A stretch of 64,000 nt of DNA from IMG/VR virus record IMGVR_UViG_2645727636_000004, positions 12,925-76,924 of that record. One strand, given 5' to 3'. This DNA comes from a virus (Duplodnaviria; Heunggongvirae; Uroviricota; Caudoviricetes). The notes under the pieces were generated by a model. That model was not told the origin of the DNA and did not search any database. It worked only from the letters and a program-made list of their open reading frames with translations. The stretch's first letter is position 1, and the number at the start of each line of letters is the position of its first letter. This document shows positions 52,159 through 61,589 of the stretch, piece after piece. A program made the translations under genes and the position numbers.

Positions 52159-52533
52159 TTAAGTTATCTTCTTTATATATTTGCTGTTGTCAGAGTATCT
52201 ATCTTTAATTTCTAGAATTTCATAACCTTTAAAATTTAAATATTTATTTATTAAATCTTTTTTATCCTCATAATGCCTATTAATATACCTCTTAAACGAC
52301 TGACTAACCTCGCTAATCGGTATAGGTTTATCTATATCCATGTTATCAATCACACTAATAAAGCTATCAAGCTTCTTATCTCTACCATAGTCATACATAC
52401 TATATAACTTATATACTGGAGCGATAATAGCTTGTTTATCCATATACATCTTGTTAATGTTGTCTAGTAATAATGTATATGAAGAGGCGATACTTTCTCT
52501 TACATCATTGTATGCTAAGTATACATCTAACAA
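52159..52533 (-). CDS. Hypothetical protein
   Basis: ORF track; followed by terminator hairpin near 52066-52100. Confidence 0.5.
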   Translation of the reverse strand: MLDVYLAYNDVRESIASSYTLLLDNINKMYMDKQAIIAPVYKLYSMYDYGRDKKLDSFISVIDNMDIDKPIPISEVSQSFKRYINRHYEDKKDLINKYLNFKGYEILEIKDRYSDNSKYIKKIT

Positions 52534-52672
52534 CCATTGATTATTTCTTTATGTATTTAATTAAGTAATAGGTAATCGAATACATAAACACTCTTTTCGT
52601 TTATGTGTGAGAAGTAAGTAACAATGTCTTTTTATTGTTACGCGCAGGCACTTAATCTTTTGATCTTAATCT

Positions 52673-53752
52673 TTAATGTTTAGGTTTGTTTTTATTAAAC
52701 ATTAATTTGACTAATCCTAGTTGCTCACCATCTCCAGCAAATACTATATCAGGATTAACAACTATCTTCATTGACCTTTTATCTTTATCAAAGAAGAAGA
52801 ATCCAAATGCATATTCATCACCTATCTTTACATTGTTTAGAGTTGTCTTTAGTTTTCTGTAATCTTTATAACCTAATACATCTGATAACTCACCTAATGT
52901 CATAGGGATAATCTTATCTATATCAGTTTCATCTGGATTATGACTGACTATATTTGTATGTAGGTTAAGGAAAGGAAGTACCATATAAATATTTGCAATA
53001 CTGCTTAACTGTCTACCATCTGCATTATTAAATAAATCTTGTACAGTCTTTCTGAACATTCTAGTAAAGCTTTTATTCTTAACTGTTACATTAAAGTTTT
53101 CTTTATGACCACGATAGAATAATTCTTTATTCATAATTAATTCGTTATGTATATTTTCAATTAATACTTTACTATCTATAAATTGATTAAGTAATACATA
53201 TGATCGGTTCTTACTCAACTTTACAACTTCATGGAAATTTGAACGCGTTACAGATGTTGTAGCCTTACCTTTACCTGTTTTAAGCATCCCTGATTCCCAT
53301 TCTATAAGTGTACCAAGATACATTAATCTTGCGATGTCAGGCTTCTTTATATCTGGAAACATATCTGTTATGCTTTTTGTTAATGTAAAGAAAGCAAATA
53401 CAAATTGACCATTCATTGCTTCATGTTCACCTAACACTTTTAATGATTTAAATGCTTCTTTACTATTAATGGTTACTTTGTTCATAACTGGTATAAGCCA
53501 TTGATGTTGATATAGATGACTAATATCTTCACCAGTTAATAGGTCATACGCTTTATTATCCTTAATGATAAAGTTTTGGCTTTGCTTAATCATTTTCTCT
53601 CTTGTTTCACCTTTGTATTTGTCATAATTAATATGATTCATAATTTTATATCTCCTATTCTTAATTGTTATAGTTTTAATTAAAGTTAAATACACTACTA
53701 ATAGATTGTGATTAAGATACGATTCATACACTAAAATAGGTATAATAGTCAA
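52673..53752 (-). CDS. Rep-like/winged-helix DNA-binding protein
   Basis: DIARLMYLGT, FLNLHTNIVSHNP, LGELSDVLGY, IVVNPDIVFAG; iteron-like repeats upstream; true start probably MNHINY. Confidence 0.5.
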   Translation of the reverse strand: MTIIPILVYESYLNHNLLVVYLTLIKTITIKNRRYKIMNHINYDKYKGETREKMIKQSQNFIIKDNKAYDLLTGEDISHLYQHQWLIPVMNKVTINSKEAFKSLKVLGEHEAMNGQFVFAFFTLTKSITDMFPDIKKPDIARLMYLGTLIEWESGMLKTGKGKATTSVTRSNFHEVVKLSKNRSYVLLNQFIDSKVLIENIHNELIMNKELFYRGHKENFNVTVKNKSFTRMFRKTVQDLFNNADGRQLSSIANIYMVLPFLNLHTNIVSHNPDETDIDKIIPMTLGELSDVLGYKDYRKLKTTLNNVKIGDEYAFGFFFFDKDKRSMKIVVNPDIVFAGDGEQLGLVKLMFNKNKPKH

Positions 53753-53781
53753 TGTTTGTATGGATATGCGTAGTATTTAAC

Positions 53782-53835
53782 TACAACCGTCAAAGTTACA
53801 TATCTTGTGGTTTTTACAACCGTCAAAGTTACATA
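53782..53835. repeat. Two perfect 21-bp direct repeats (TACAACCGTCAAAGTTACATA), 33-bp period
   Basis: Copies at 53782-53802 and 53815-53835. Confidence 0.9.
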
Positions 53836-53886
53836 CTTTTTTATTTTATGTATTTATGTTGCTCGAGGCAGTATATCTCCACTTAA

Positions 53887-54138
53887 TCACCTTTGACTAT
53901 TCCTACTATTATAAACCTTCATAACATTATCCAATCTTTCGTTTCCATATGTATTTTCTACAATGCAATAATATTTATTCTTTTTCTTAGCAAACTTGAA
54001 TCCTAACTCTTCTAATATTTTACCTTCAGTATACTTGCTATAACGTCCATCAGTTCCATTAATCCATACCCAATTATTTCTTTTGCTTGCTTTAAAGCCT
54101 TGATTGGTACACTTATCAAAAATCTCATCAATAGTAAT
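53887..54138 (-). CDS. Probable ~83-aa protein with non-canonical (ATT) start
   Basis: Open frame ITIDEIFDK...WVWING...LEELGFKFAKKKNKYY after AAGGA RBS; absent from ORF track. Confidence 0.4.
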   Translation of the reverse strand: MTIDEIFDKCTNQGFKASKRNNWVWINGTDGRYSKYTEGKILEELGFKFAKKKNKYYCIVENTYGNERLDNVMKVYNSRNSQR

Positions 54139-54340
54139 AGTTACTCATCCTTTTCAATTTTATTTTATTCTTGCGAATGCGGAAGTGGAGCAGCTATACA
54201 TTGTATCAGCTCTAATTATATTCAAATATACAACAATCCTTTCTTATGTATTTATATCACTAATTGCATAATGACTAATCATAAGTGACAGTAACGTAAA
54301 AAGAAACCACTGGTGAGGTGGTTTTAAAATTTGTATTTAA

Positions 54341-54565
54341 TTAAATAACAATGTTTAGAAAGAAGTTCTCTAGTGCTGCGTCAAAGTCCGTTTCTTTATG
54401 CGTTCCATCAAAGCCTAATGCAGTTAAAGCAATATCATAGTTGTCATGATCTAAGTCACTACCATCTTCCAAGTAAATAAAGTCTTCAGCATCTCCACCA
54501 TTTACTTTAATTTGAGTTAAACCTTTAGTTAATTCTTTGATTGCCTCTGTTTGTAATGCTGCCAT
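54341..54565 (-). CDS. Small acidic hypothetical protein
   Basis: Likely start MAALQTE after AAGGAG. Confidence 0.55.
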   Translation of the reverse strand: MAALQTEAIKELTKGLTQIKVNGGDAEDFIYLEDGSDLDHDNYDIALTALGFDGTHKETDFDAALENFFLNIVI

Positions 54566-54764
54566 TTTAATTTTCTCCTTTAGGTTTGATGCCGTGTTGC
54601 ATCTACAACCTTGTGAATGTTTTATGTAAATCTTTAACTTAAATATAGTATACCACGTAGTTCGGTTTATTACAACCACTTTATGTATTTTGTTAAATAA
54701 AAAAACTAAAAGAAAAGAGCAGCTAATTTTATTTAAGCTGCTCAAAATATTATAACTCTCATTT

Positions 54765-54950
54765 TTAATTTCCCTTTGATCCGATCGCAGCAATTACAAT
54801 TCTAACTATAAATACAATCACAAGTATTCCATACAATACAATAATAACCCAATCAAATACATTCAAATTTTCGAAATCAATCCATTGATACATCAAGAAT
54901 GGCAGAAACACAATGAAAAATAAATTTAGATAACCGATTTTCTTTAGCAT
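54765..54950 (-). CDS. Small two-TM membrane protein
   Basis: Two hydrophobic helices. Confidence 0.6.
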   Translation of the reverse strand: MLKKIGYLNLFFIVFLPFLMYQWIDFENLNVFDWVIIVLYGILVIVFIVRIVIAAIGSKGN

Positions 54951-55010
54951 ATTTTAAGCGAGTATGGTAATATTATTATCAATAGGGAAGGGGAATAAAT
55001 CCCCTCCGAC

Positions 55011-55166
55011 TTATTTGCGACTTTTCTTCTTGCGTTTTGCGGACGGCTTAGAAGATGGTCGCTTTTTGTTTGTCCTCATATCATGTATGTCTTTTAAGGA
55101 AGAAGTAATTCCTTTAAAGATTGCTACGATTGAGCCTGTTATCATAATAATATGTTCAATATCCAT
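55011..55166 (-). CDS. ~51-aa peptide, hydrophobic N-terminus and very basic tail
   Basis: MDIEHIIMITGSIVAIFKGI...KRPSSKPSAKRKKKSRK; antisense to the track ORF 54964..55200. Confidence 0.5.
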   Translation of the reverse strand: MDIEHIIMITGSIVAIFKGITSSLKDIHDMRTNKKRPSSKPSAKRKKKSRK

Positions 55167-55558
55167 ACTTCACTTTTTCAACTCCTTTCCTTTAATATAA
55201 TTCTATTATATACCATAAATGCATAAAACACAATACTATTTATGTATTTTATTATTTAAAATTTAAACTAATTATACTTACTCAACTTGTAGACTCTATT
55301 ATTTTTAAATCTGATTCTATATTCTTCATCAGTCTTTTTAATCATTTCAATTACTTTTCCATTTATTATTTCTATTCCACGTAAACTTTCTTCTATATCA
55401 TCATTACATACGTTTATAAAATGTAACTACCCATTATGAAGCGGTTCACATTTCCACTTTTCAAATTTTAATTTTGTAGTAGGTAGTGGGGAGGTGGTTC
55501 TATATTTAATTTGCGAATAAATACACTTATGATGTACTTTACGTGTAATCATAGGCAA

Positions 55559-55933
55559 TTAAACCACAGTTTTAACTTCTCTAAAGTCATGTAGAGAGAT
55601 GAAACCTCTATTAGTATTATTAATGTTTTCATTATAAAAGTCATGTCCTAAAGCCTTTTCAATTCCTTCTGGTGAATACTTAAATGTAAATGCATAATCA
55701 TCATTGATAAACTTCTTATTTTTACACACTAAATATAAACTGTTGTCAAAAAGATTACTGTATATTCCTAAAGGAATTACTTTTTCCATCTCTAAGCGTG
55801 TTTTAAGTGCTTCTAATAATTCATTAGGTAATTGATCAAAACGGTACATATTAAGAAAGAAATGGTCTGTCATGTTATTATTTTCATCAAGGTACATAAA
55901 GCAACCTGTTTCTTTTACTATTTTAATTTTCAT
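55559..55933 (-). CDS. Hypothetical protein
   Basis: AAGGAG RBS. Confidence 0.55.
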   Translation of the reverse strand: MKIKIVKETGCFMYLDENNNMTDHFFLNMYRFDQLPNELLEALKTRLEMEKVIPLGIYSNLFDNSLYLVCKNKKFINDDYAFTFKYSPEGIEKALGHDFYNENINNTNRGFISLHDFREVKTVV

Positions 55934-56022
55934 TTTTAAAACTCCTTTTCATTTTGTATTTTATTAATTATCTTAAAAATACACGTCCTTCAGTATGATA
56001 ATATTGATTATTTGAAAACGAA

Positions 56023-56391
56023 ATGATAAAATACTTTTCTGAACTAGCGAAAGGAATGGTTAAAATTTTAAGTCGAAACATATTAACATTTTCCACATTG
56101 CACATATCATCTACCACAAGATATATATTAAAAAATCATATTGAAAATTTAGATTTATTGATATATCCAAAAGATGATCATGGTTATTTTATTATGGTTG
56201 ATCTTGAGAAAACAGAAGTCTCTAAGATTCCGAATGATTTATTGTATCTTTTGCGATTAGCTCATATGCATGATTGTTACTACTTAGAATTAGATGACGA
56301 TTATCCTCCAGAAGACGATGTTCTTCTTACTGTATATGATCGAACGATAGCAGAAGAAGTATCGAAAGATGTTTCAAATAGAGAGTCCTAA
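56023..56391 (+). CDS. Hypothetical protein (DUF5983-like C-terminus)
   Basis: IPNDLLYLLRLAHMHDCYYLELDDD. Confidence 0.5.
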   Translation: MIKYFSELAKGMVKILSRNILTFSTLHISSTTRYILKNHIENLDLLIYPKDDHGYFIMVDLEKTEVSKIPNDLLYLLRLAHMHDCYYLELDDDYPPEDDVLLTVYDRTIAEEVSKDVSNRES

Positions 56392-56528
56392 AAGGGCTTT
56401 CTATCATACTTTGAATTTCTTTATTTATAGCACGTACAAATATACGGAAATAACCTACCATATTCATAAAGAAGTAGATAGGTGATTCATAAGAACGTGT
56501 ATTATACTTGTATAAGTATTATCCAATT

Positions 56529-56987
56529 TCACGCTATTCTCTGGAATAAATTAATTATAATATCGTTTACATCATTCTTTTTTATTTCTCCTTCAACAGC
56601 TTTTAGTATTAGAAGTGAGTGTAGTTCTAAAAATTCGTGCTTTGGTAGTTTGTTTTTTCTTTCATTATATATTTGTTTTATATCTTGTAGTGATAATTTT
56701 AGCACATAATCCACAATATCTTGCTTTTGTTTAAACTTTTCTTTATCTTTCTTTCTCATCAATTCCTCTCTGTTTAACTCTAAAGCTAAATCATGAGATG
56801 TACTGATGAAGTCCTTCACTCCTTTGATATAGTATGGAATCATTTGACCATTTTCTAAACGCTCTTTGATCATTAATTCATGAGCACTGTGTGGGTCAAG
56901 TTTTGTTTGTAGTAGATAATAAGTAACATCATTTTTCATTCTAAACATTTCTTCTTTTGTTCTTCTAGCCAAATTAACACTCCTCAT
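56529..56987 (-). CDS. Hypothetical basic protein
   Basis: GAGGAG RBS, GTG start. Confidence 0.55.
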   Translation of the reverse strand: MRSVNLARRTKEEMFRMKNDVTYYLLQTKLDPHSAHELMIKERLENGQMIPYYIKGVKDFISTSHDLALELNREELMRKKDKEKFKQKQDIVDYVLKLSLQDIKQIYNERKNKLPKHEFLELHSLLILKAVEGEIKKNDVNDIIINLFQRIA

Positions 56988-57032
56988 TATATGTATTTAT
57001 TTTTATAAAAAGCATATATTATAAAATCTTTT

Positions 57033-57136
57033 CGGACTTAAAAGCTAATCTAAATAAATAACTTTTACTAATTTACTTACTTAGATTAGCTTTCAAGCAG
57101 TCAACTTAATGACTCGTTATGCTCATAAACTTCAGT
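57033..57136 (-). ncRNA. Degenerate pistol-ribozyme-like element
   Basis: AUAACGAG-UC-AUUAAG-UUGACU-GC-long P3 (UUGAAAGC../..GCUUUUAA)-GU aligns with 60876..60940; P1, P2 and pseudoknot imperfect. Confidence 0.45.
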
Positions 57137-57519
57137 CAATTTGTGTATGACTCAATTAAATGGTACATTTCAGATACAATTCCTTTTAGTTCATCAACTT
57201 CTATTACGTATGCTTCATCATAATTAAATACGTTCATTCTAACGACCTGATCTATTGCAACAGCTTCATTTGGAACTTTTAAACCGTTTTTTCTCAAACT
57301 TCCAACACTTGCATATTCTCCAATGATTTCGTATCCATGAGTATCATTAAATTCTTTTTCTACTACTACTGCCATTTTATAAAGGTAATTCATTACAGAA
57401 GAAAAGCTACCAACAAAGTTACTGAATTGTATTTCATAAAGGTCATGGTCTTGTAAAAACTCTAAGCCATTAATTGTAATCTCTGGGTTACTTACATTGA
57501 TTTCTTTCATTTGTTTCAA
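57136..57519 (-). CDS. Hypothetical protein
   Basis: GGAGG RBS, own sigA-type promoter. Confidence 0.6.
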   Translation of the reverse strand: MKQMKEINVSNPEITINGLEFLQDHDLYEIQFSNFVGSFSSVMNYLYKMAVVVEKEFNDTHGYEIIGEYASVGSLRKNGLKVPNEAVAIDQVVRMNVFNYDEAYVIEVDELKGIVSEMYHLIESYTN

Positions 57520-57816
57520 CCTCCAATTAATATATTTGTTAATACTTATTATACACTACTACAGATAAATTACAACTAGTTTTATGTATTTTATTAATTA
57601 ATTTTAGCGATTACAAATATGAACATCAAAATTGCTATAGCGTTGACAGATAAAGCTATCTTATAGAATGACACTTTGTCTTGTGGAGCATCTTCTGGAG
57701 TCCAAAAATAATTGTCAATTGTAGCTATACATTTTTGCATCAAGATTTAGTTCACCTCACTTTATGGATATGGTAGGGGACATACAATGAAATGGTTATA
57801 TCATTTAGTTTAAGTT

Positions 57817-58020
57817 TTAATCATCAAAAGTAATTTCATTTTCAGCTACTATAAAATCATAAAACAAGTCTAATTGATCCAAAATGTCCGTTACGTCGTT
57901 TCTATCAATAATTTCATTTTGAAGCTGTTCGTGTTTTTCATCATATTCTATATTGCATTCTCTTAATGTATGAAGTAGTGAAAAGTAAATAATTTCAGCC
58001 TGTACACGATTTAACTTCAT
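57817..58020 (-). CDS. Small acidic protein
   Basis: GGAG RBS. Confidence 0.55.
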   Translation of the reverse strand: MKLNRVQAEIIYFSLLHTLRECNIEYDEKHEQLQNEIIDRNDVTDILDQLDLFYDFIVAENEITFDD

Positions 58021-58046
58021 TCTTAATTCACTCCAATTTATTTATT

Positions 58047-58226
58047 TTAATAACCGTCAATAATTGCATGTGCAATGTGATTATCTAACCATGTAGCATA
58101 ATTAAAGTTGGTCTCGTTATTGTTGTATTGATCTTTATATAAATTTATAGAAGATTCATAGTCACTAAATAAAGGCTCTAACATATTGTTCTGCATTACA
58201 TTTACAAATTGATTATACATACTCAT
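58047..58226 (-). CDS. 59-aa hypothetical protein (not in ORF track)
   Basis: ATGA overlap with upstream stop; MSMYNQFVNVMQ...HAIIDGY. Confidence 0.5.
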   Translation of the reverse strand: MSMYNQFVNVMQNNMLEPLFSDYESSINLYKDQYNNNETNFNYATWLDNHIAHAIIDGY

Positions 58227-58591
58227 TCATCAACAGCCTCCAATCCTGTTAATTCCCATAAAGAATCATCTACAAATGTACCAATAAACTTTTTACCACG
58301 ATGAATGGAAGTGGTATCAATTTTAAAATTCTCATCTATTTTATAATCATTAATCCCAACATAAATTACATTTTCGAATTCAGCCTTTGGATCAAGGAAG
58401 TAGTGTCCAATTTCATTACTGTATATATAGAATAATTCAGTTTGATTGTCTTTTAAGTTGTTCGTTTGAACATGAGTATATTTATTTGAAGTCTCTTTTA
58501 TTTCTTTAGCTAAGGTATCATTATTTGTAGCTGCTCCAGTGAATAGTGTAAAAGCTGTAACGACTGAAAGTAAAATATTTTTGATTTTCAT
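58223..58591 (-). CDS. Secreted protein
   Basis: Sec-type signal peptide MKIKNILLSVVTAFTLFTGAA. Confidence 0.65.
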   Translation of the reverse strand: MKIKNILLSVVTAFTLFTGAATNNDTLAKEIKETSNKYTHVQTNNLKDNQTELFYIYSNEIGHYFLDPKAEFENVIYVGINDYKIDENFKIDTTSIHRGKKFIGTFVDDSLWELTGLEAVDE

Positions 58592-58667
58592 AATTATTTA
58601 CCATCCTTTTTGTATTTTATTATTTTAATAGTAGGAAAAGAGGGAAGAAATTCCCTCCAATATTTAA

Positions 58668-59765
58668 TTAAGCAATTCGTACTGGTAAAATTAATTGCAT
58701 AGCTTTATTGTCATTAGATAGTGCAATAAATGGACGCATAGAACCAGTGAATTTAAATTGTGTATTTTCTTCATTAATTGCTTTTACTGCTTCATTTAAA
58801 TAAATAGCACTCATAGCAATTTTTAAATCTTCTCCAGTTTTTTCACCTTCGATATTTGCAGTCATTAATCCACTTTCAAAGCTTTCCGCTAACATTTCAA
58901 TTTTACCGTTTAACTGCATTTTTACGGCATGATTATGATCATCTTTGGCAATAGTTTTTAACATGTCAATTGACTCGACTAGTTGACTACTATTAATAAT
59001 TGCTTCTGTTCTAAAATCTTCTGGAATTAAGCGACTAAAATCTGGATAGTTACCTTCAATATTTTTAATGCATAGCTCCACATTGTCAAACTGAACTATT
59101 GTAAAATCTTGATTAAATCCAATTTCAATACTTTCAGTTTTCTTATTTAACATCTTTACAGATTTTTCAAGTGTTTTACCGTCAATAACTGTATCAATGT
59201 TATCTAATTGACTAGGCACTGTATAACGTCCTAATCTGTGCGAGTCAGTCGCTACAAAGTCGATATGGTTATAGTTGTCTGTACGTACACATACACCTTT
59301 TAAAACTGGTCTTGATTCGCTTTTAGCTACTGCAAAAGTTGTATTGTTAATCATGCGTCTATACTCGTTGACGTCCATTGTCATACGCTCATATTCAAGG
59401 CTAGGTAGTAAAGGATATTTGTTTGCATCTGTAAACATTAATTTATAATCAATGTTACTTGCTTTTATATTTGCCTTATTATCTACTAGCATATCAATTT
59501 CAATATCAAGTGCCTTTGATTTCTTTAAAAAGTCATTCAACTTCTTATATTCTAATACCAGTGATCCACTTGTTTCTGTTTGTAACGTATCGATCACTAC
59601 ACTTGCCATTGCATCTTGATTTCCTGCAATTAGTTGTAACGTGTTATTTTCTGTTGTTGTAATTTTTACACCAGATAGGATAGGTAGTTTTGTTTTACTG
59701 TCAATAAAATGTCCTAGCTTTTTAAGACCTTCTAATAATTCGATGCGATTAATTGTTGTTTTCAT
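58668..59765 (-). CDS. dnaN: DNA polymerase III beta sliding clamp
   Basis: LPILSGVKI, SESRPVLKGV, VATDSHRL, EGNYPDFSRLIP, LILPVRI. Confidence 0.93.
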   Translation of the reverse strand: MKTTINRIELLEGLKKLGHFIDSKTKLPILSGVKITTTENNTLQLIAGNQDAMASVVIDTLQTETSGSLVLEYKKLNDFLKKSKALDIEIDMLVDNKANIKASNIDYKLMFTDANKYPLLPSLEYERMTMDVNEYRRMINNTTFAVAKSESRPVLKGVCVRTDNYNHIDFVATDSHRLGRYTVPSQLDNIDTVIDGKTLEKSVKMLNKKTESIEIGFNQDFTIVQFDNVELCIKNIEGNYPDFSRLIPEDFRTEAIINSSQLVESIDMLKTIAKDDHNHAVKMQLNGKIEMLAESFESGLMTANIEGEKTGEDLKIAMSAIYLNEAVKAINEENTQFKFTGSMRPFIALSNDNKAMQLILPVRIA

Positions 59766-59880
59766 AATTAATATTCTCCTTTTGTTTATGTATTTTATTA
59801 TCTAATTTATTGTAGTCTAAATTCGGAATAAATACAAATTATTTTATGTATTTATTTATATAATATTTACTATTATGAAA

Positions 59881-60093
59881 TTAGACAGCTTTGTACCCAT
59901 TAATATAATGATTTGCATAATCCCACTTGTTTGTATCATAGTTAATTTCTAACGTTAATACTAAGCCATTTTCAAAAACTAAATCATGTTCATAGCTTTC
60001 ATGTGATTTTTCTTCTTTTTTAAGTTTTGCACCAATTTCTCTATTGCTTAATTCTAAATAGGCAGGTATTGACTTATAATTAATTTTTCTCAT
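59881..60093 (-). CDS. Small hypothetical protein
   Basis: GGAG RBS. Confidence 0.55.
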   Translation of the reverse strand: MRKINYKSIPAYLELSNREIGAKLKKEEKSHESYEHDLVFENGLVLTLEINYDTNKWDYANHYINGYKAV

Positions 60094-60146
60094 TTCTTAT
60101 ATTCTCCAATCTTTTTATTTTATAAAATACTGTTTTTAATTAAAGT

Positions 60147-60317
60147 TTATTTGTTTTTAAATCTTTCAATACTTTCAATCATTCGTTTTTCGTTCGCTTC
60201 TTTGTGTATATCATTCCACCTACACAATAAATTCCATGTAGTTTCAACCTCTGAATTTAAACCATTAAAACCATCCATAATTGAAAGTAATTCGCTTTGT
60301 TTTATTTCTATATTCAT
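60147..60317 (-). CDS. 56-aa hypothetical protein (not in ORF track)
   Basis: GGAG RBS; MNIEIKQSELL...IERFKNK; makes the + strand track ORF 60151..60339 redundant. Confidence 0.55.
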   Translation of the reverse strand: MNIEIKQSELLSIMDGFNGLNSEVETTWNLLCRWNDIHKEANEKRMIESIERFKNK

Positions 60318-60365
60318 TCTCCATACACCCTTTACTTGATTATTTTTATAAAATAGTATTTTTAA

Positions 60366-60839
60366 TTAAACTGCAGCACTAATTTTTCGTTCAGCTGTTG
60401 ATAAGATGCATTTAATATTGTTGATAGTTAAAGCCCAATTGCGAGCTAAAAGCTTGTTTCGCTTGTCAGTTAGCTTGTCATTAAGTTTTACCATTGCATC
60501 TGATAATAACTGTTTTACACTAGTTAATTGTTGTGTAGCTTGCTGATAATCTTCTTTAGCAGCTGATACCACACTAGAAGCTAATTCTTTAAAATATGAT
60601 ACAAGTTGTACTGTTGTTGAATTTTCAATTTCTAATTCATTGTTTTGTGTATTTTCTACTTTAACTTCTAACTTAGCTAATTCAGTGTAGTGATCTGTCA
60701 ACATTGTAATAATTTCACCTTTATGCATTTTGCGTTTTTCTTCACGGTTATACCATGCTAAACCTTCTTTATTTGCTGCTTCCTGCAACTCTTTAGCTTT
60801 CATAGTAGATAATACGCTGATTTTGTTTTGTAATTTCAT
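60366..60839 (-). CDS. Protein with Rho N-terminal-like (HeH) domain
   Basis: LSTMKAKELQEAANKEGL...KMHKGEIITML matches the Rho_N pattern; helical C-terminus. Confidence 0.6.
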   Translation of the reverse strand: MKLQNKISVLSTMKAKELQEAANKEGLAWYNREEKRKMHKGEIITMLTDHYTELAKLEVKVENTQNNELEIENSTTVQLVSYFKELASSVVSAAKEDYQQATQQLTSVKQLLSDAMVKLNDKLTDKRNKLLARNWALTINNIKCILSTAERKISAAV

Positions 60840-60875
60840 TTTAATTCTCTCCTAAGTGTATATGTATTTTGTGTT

Positions 60876-60940
60876 GCAACCTCCCTCAAGAAGAGGGAAC
60901 GCTCACAGCTTAATGCCTGTTTATACTCGCTGTGACGAGT
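60876..60940 (-). ncRNA. Pistol self-cleaving ribozyme
   Basis: P1 ACUCG/CGAGU; loop UCACAG pairs with CUGUGA; linker AUAAACAG; P2 GCA/UGC; UUAAG; GCG; P3 UUCCCUC/GAGGGAG; G^U site at 60880/60879. Confidence 0.88.
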
Positions 60941-60948
60941 TCGTTTGA

Positions 60949-61566
60949 CTATACGAATTTAATATTTAAAATCTGTTCTATTTCATTTAAAGAATTTCTT
61001 CCTAAATTTCTAACTTTCATCATTTCATCAAGAGTAGCATTTTTTACTTGTTGTACTGTGTTATATCCAGCACGTTTTAAACAGTTGAAAGAACGAATGG
61101 ATAATTCTAATACTTCAATTCCTTGGTTATTATCATTGTTTTGACTGATAATATTGATATACAAAGACATAAATTTATTTTCTAATTTTAAATTACGGTT
61201 TTCCTGTTCTTCTTTAGATAGATAGCCTACATGCCCATAATATTCAAAATCAGAAGCTTTAATAATAGCAACTAATTCATTTTGTACATACTCTTCTTTA
61301 GATGAAATTCGAGCAATTGTATCTTGAATTAATTCGCTGATACGTTTGGTATTGTCTGTGTCTACAAACTCACGAACAGCGAAGTATTCAACTTCTTCAT
61401 TTACTGGATTGAATGTTACGATAGTAGCGATAAATGAACGATCATATATAGTTTGACCGTACGAGTTGTGCTCTCTCGACGTGAAATCTACAGCCGATTG
61501 GATAGAATTTTTAAAACCCTTAGACGTAACAACCATAATATTTTCAGCAACATTAAATTTTTTCAT
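60949..61566 (-). CDS. Protein with C-terminal RNA polymerase alpha-CTD domain
   Basis: [25 protein letters not shown]...[15 protein letters not shown] closely matches the Bacillus RpoA CTD; N-terminal ~145 aa not RpoA-like. Confidence 0.85.
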   Translation of the reverse strand: MKKFNVAENIMVVTSKGFKNSIQSAVDFTSREHNSYGQTIYDRSFIATIVTFNPVNEEVEYFAVREFVDTDNTKRISELIQDTIARISSKEEYVQNELVAIIKASDFEYYGHVGYLSKEEQENRNLKLENKFMSLYINIISQNNDNNQGIEVLELSIRSFNCLKRAGYNTVQQVKNATLDEMMKVRNLGRNSLNEIEQILNIKFV

Positions 61567-61589
61567 TATATTTTCCTCCTATTAAGTAA

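Noticed and set aside
55270-55430. Open frame LHFINVCNDD...YKLSKYN
   Set aside because: No in-frame start codon or RBS; at best a gene remnant
57033-57136. Hammerhead with core insertions (CUGA...GA...GAAA)
   Set aside because: Needs two core insertions and has a 4-bp stem I; colinearity with the pistol explains it more simply
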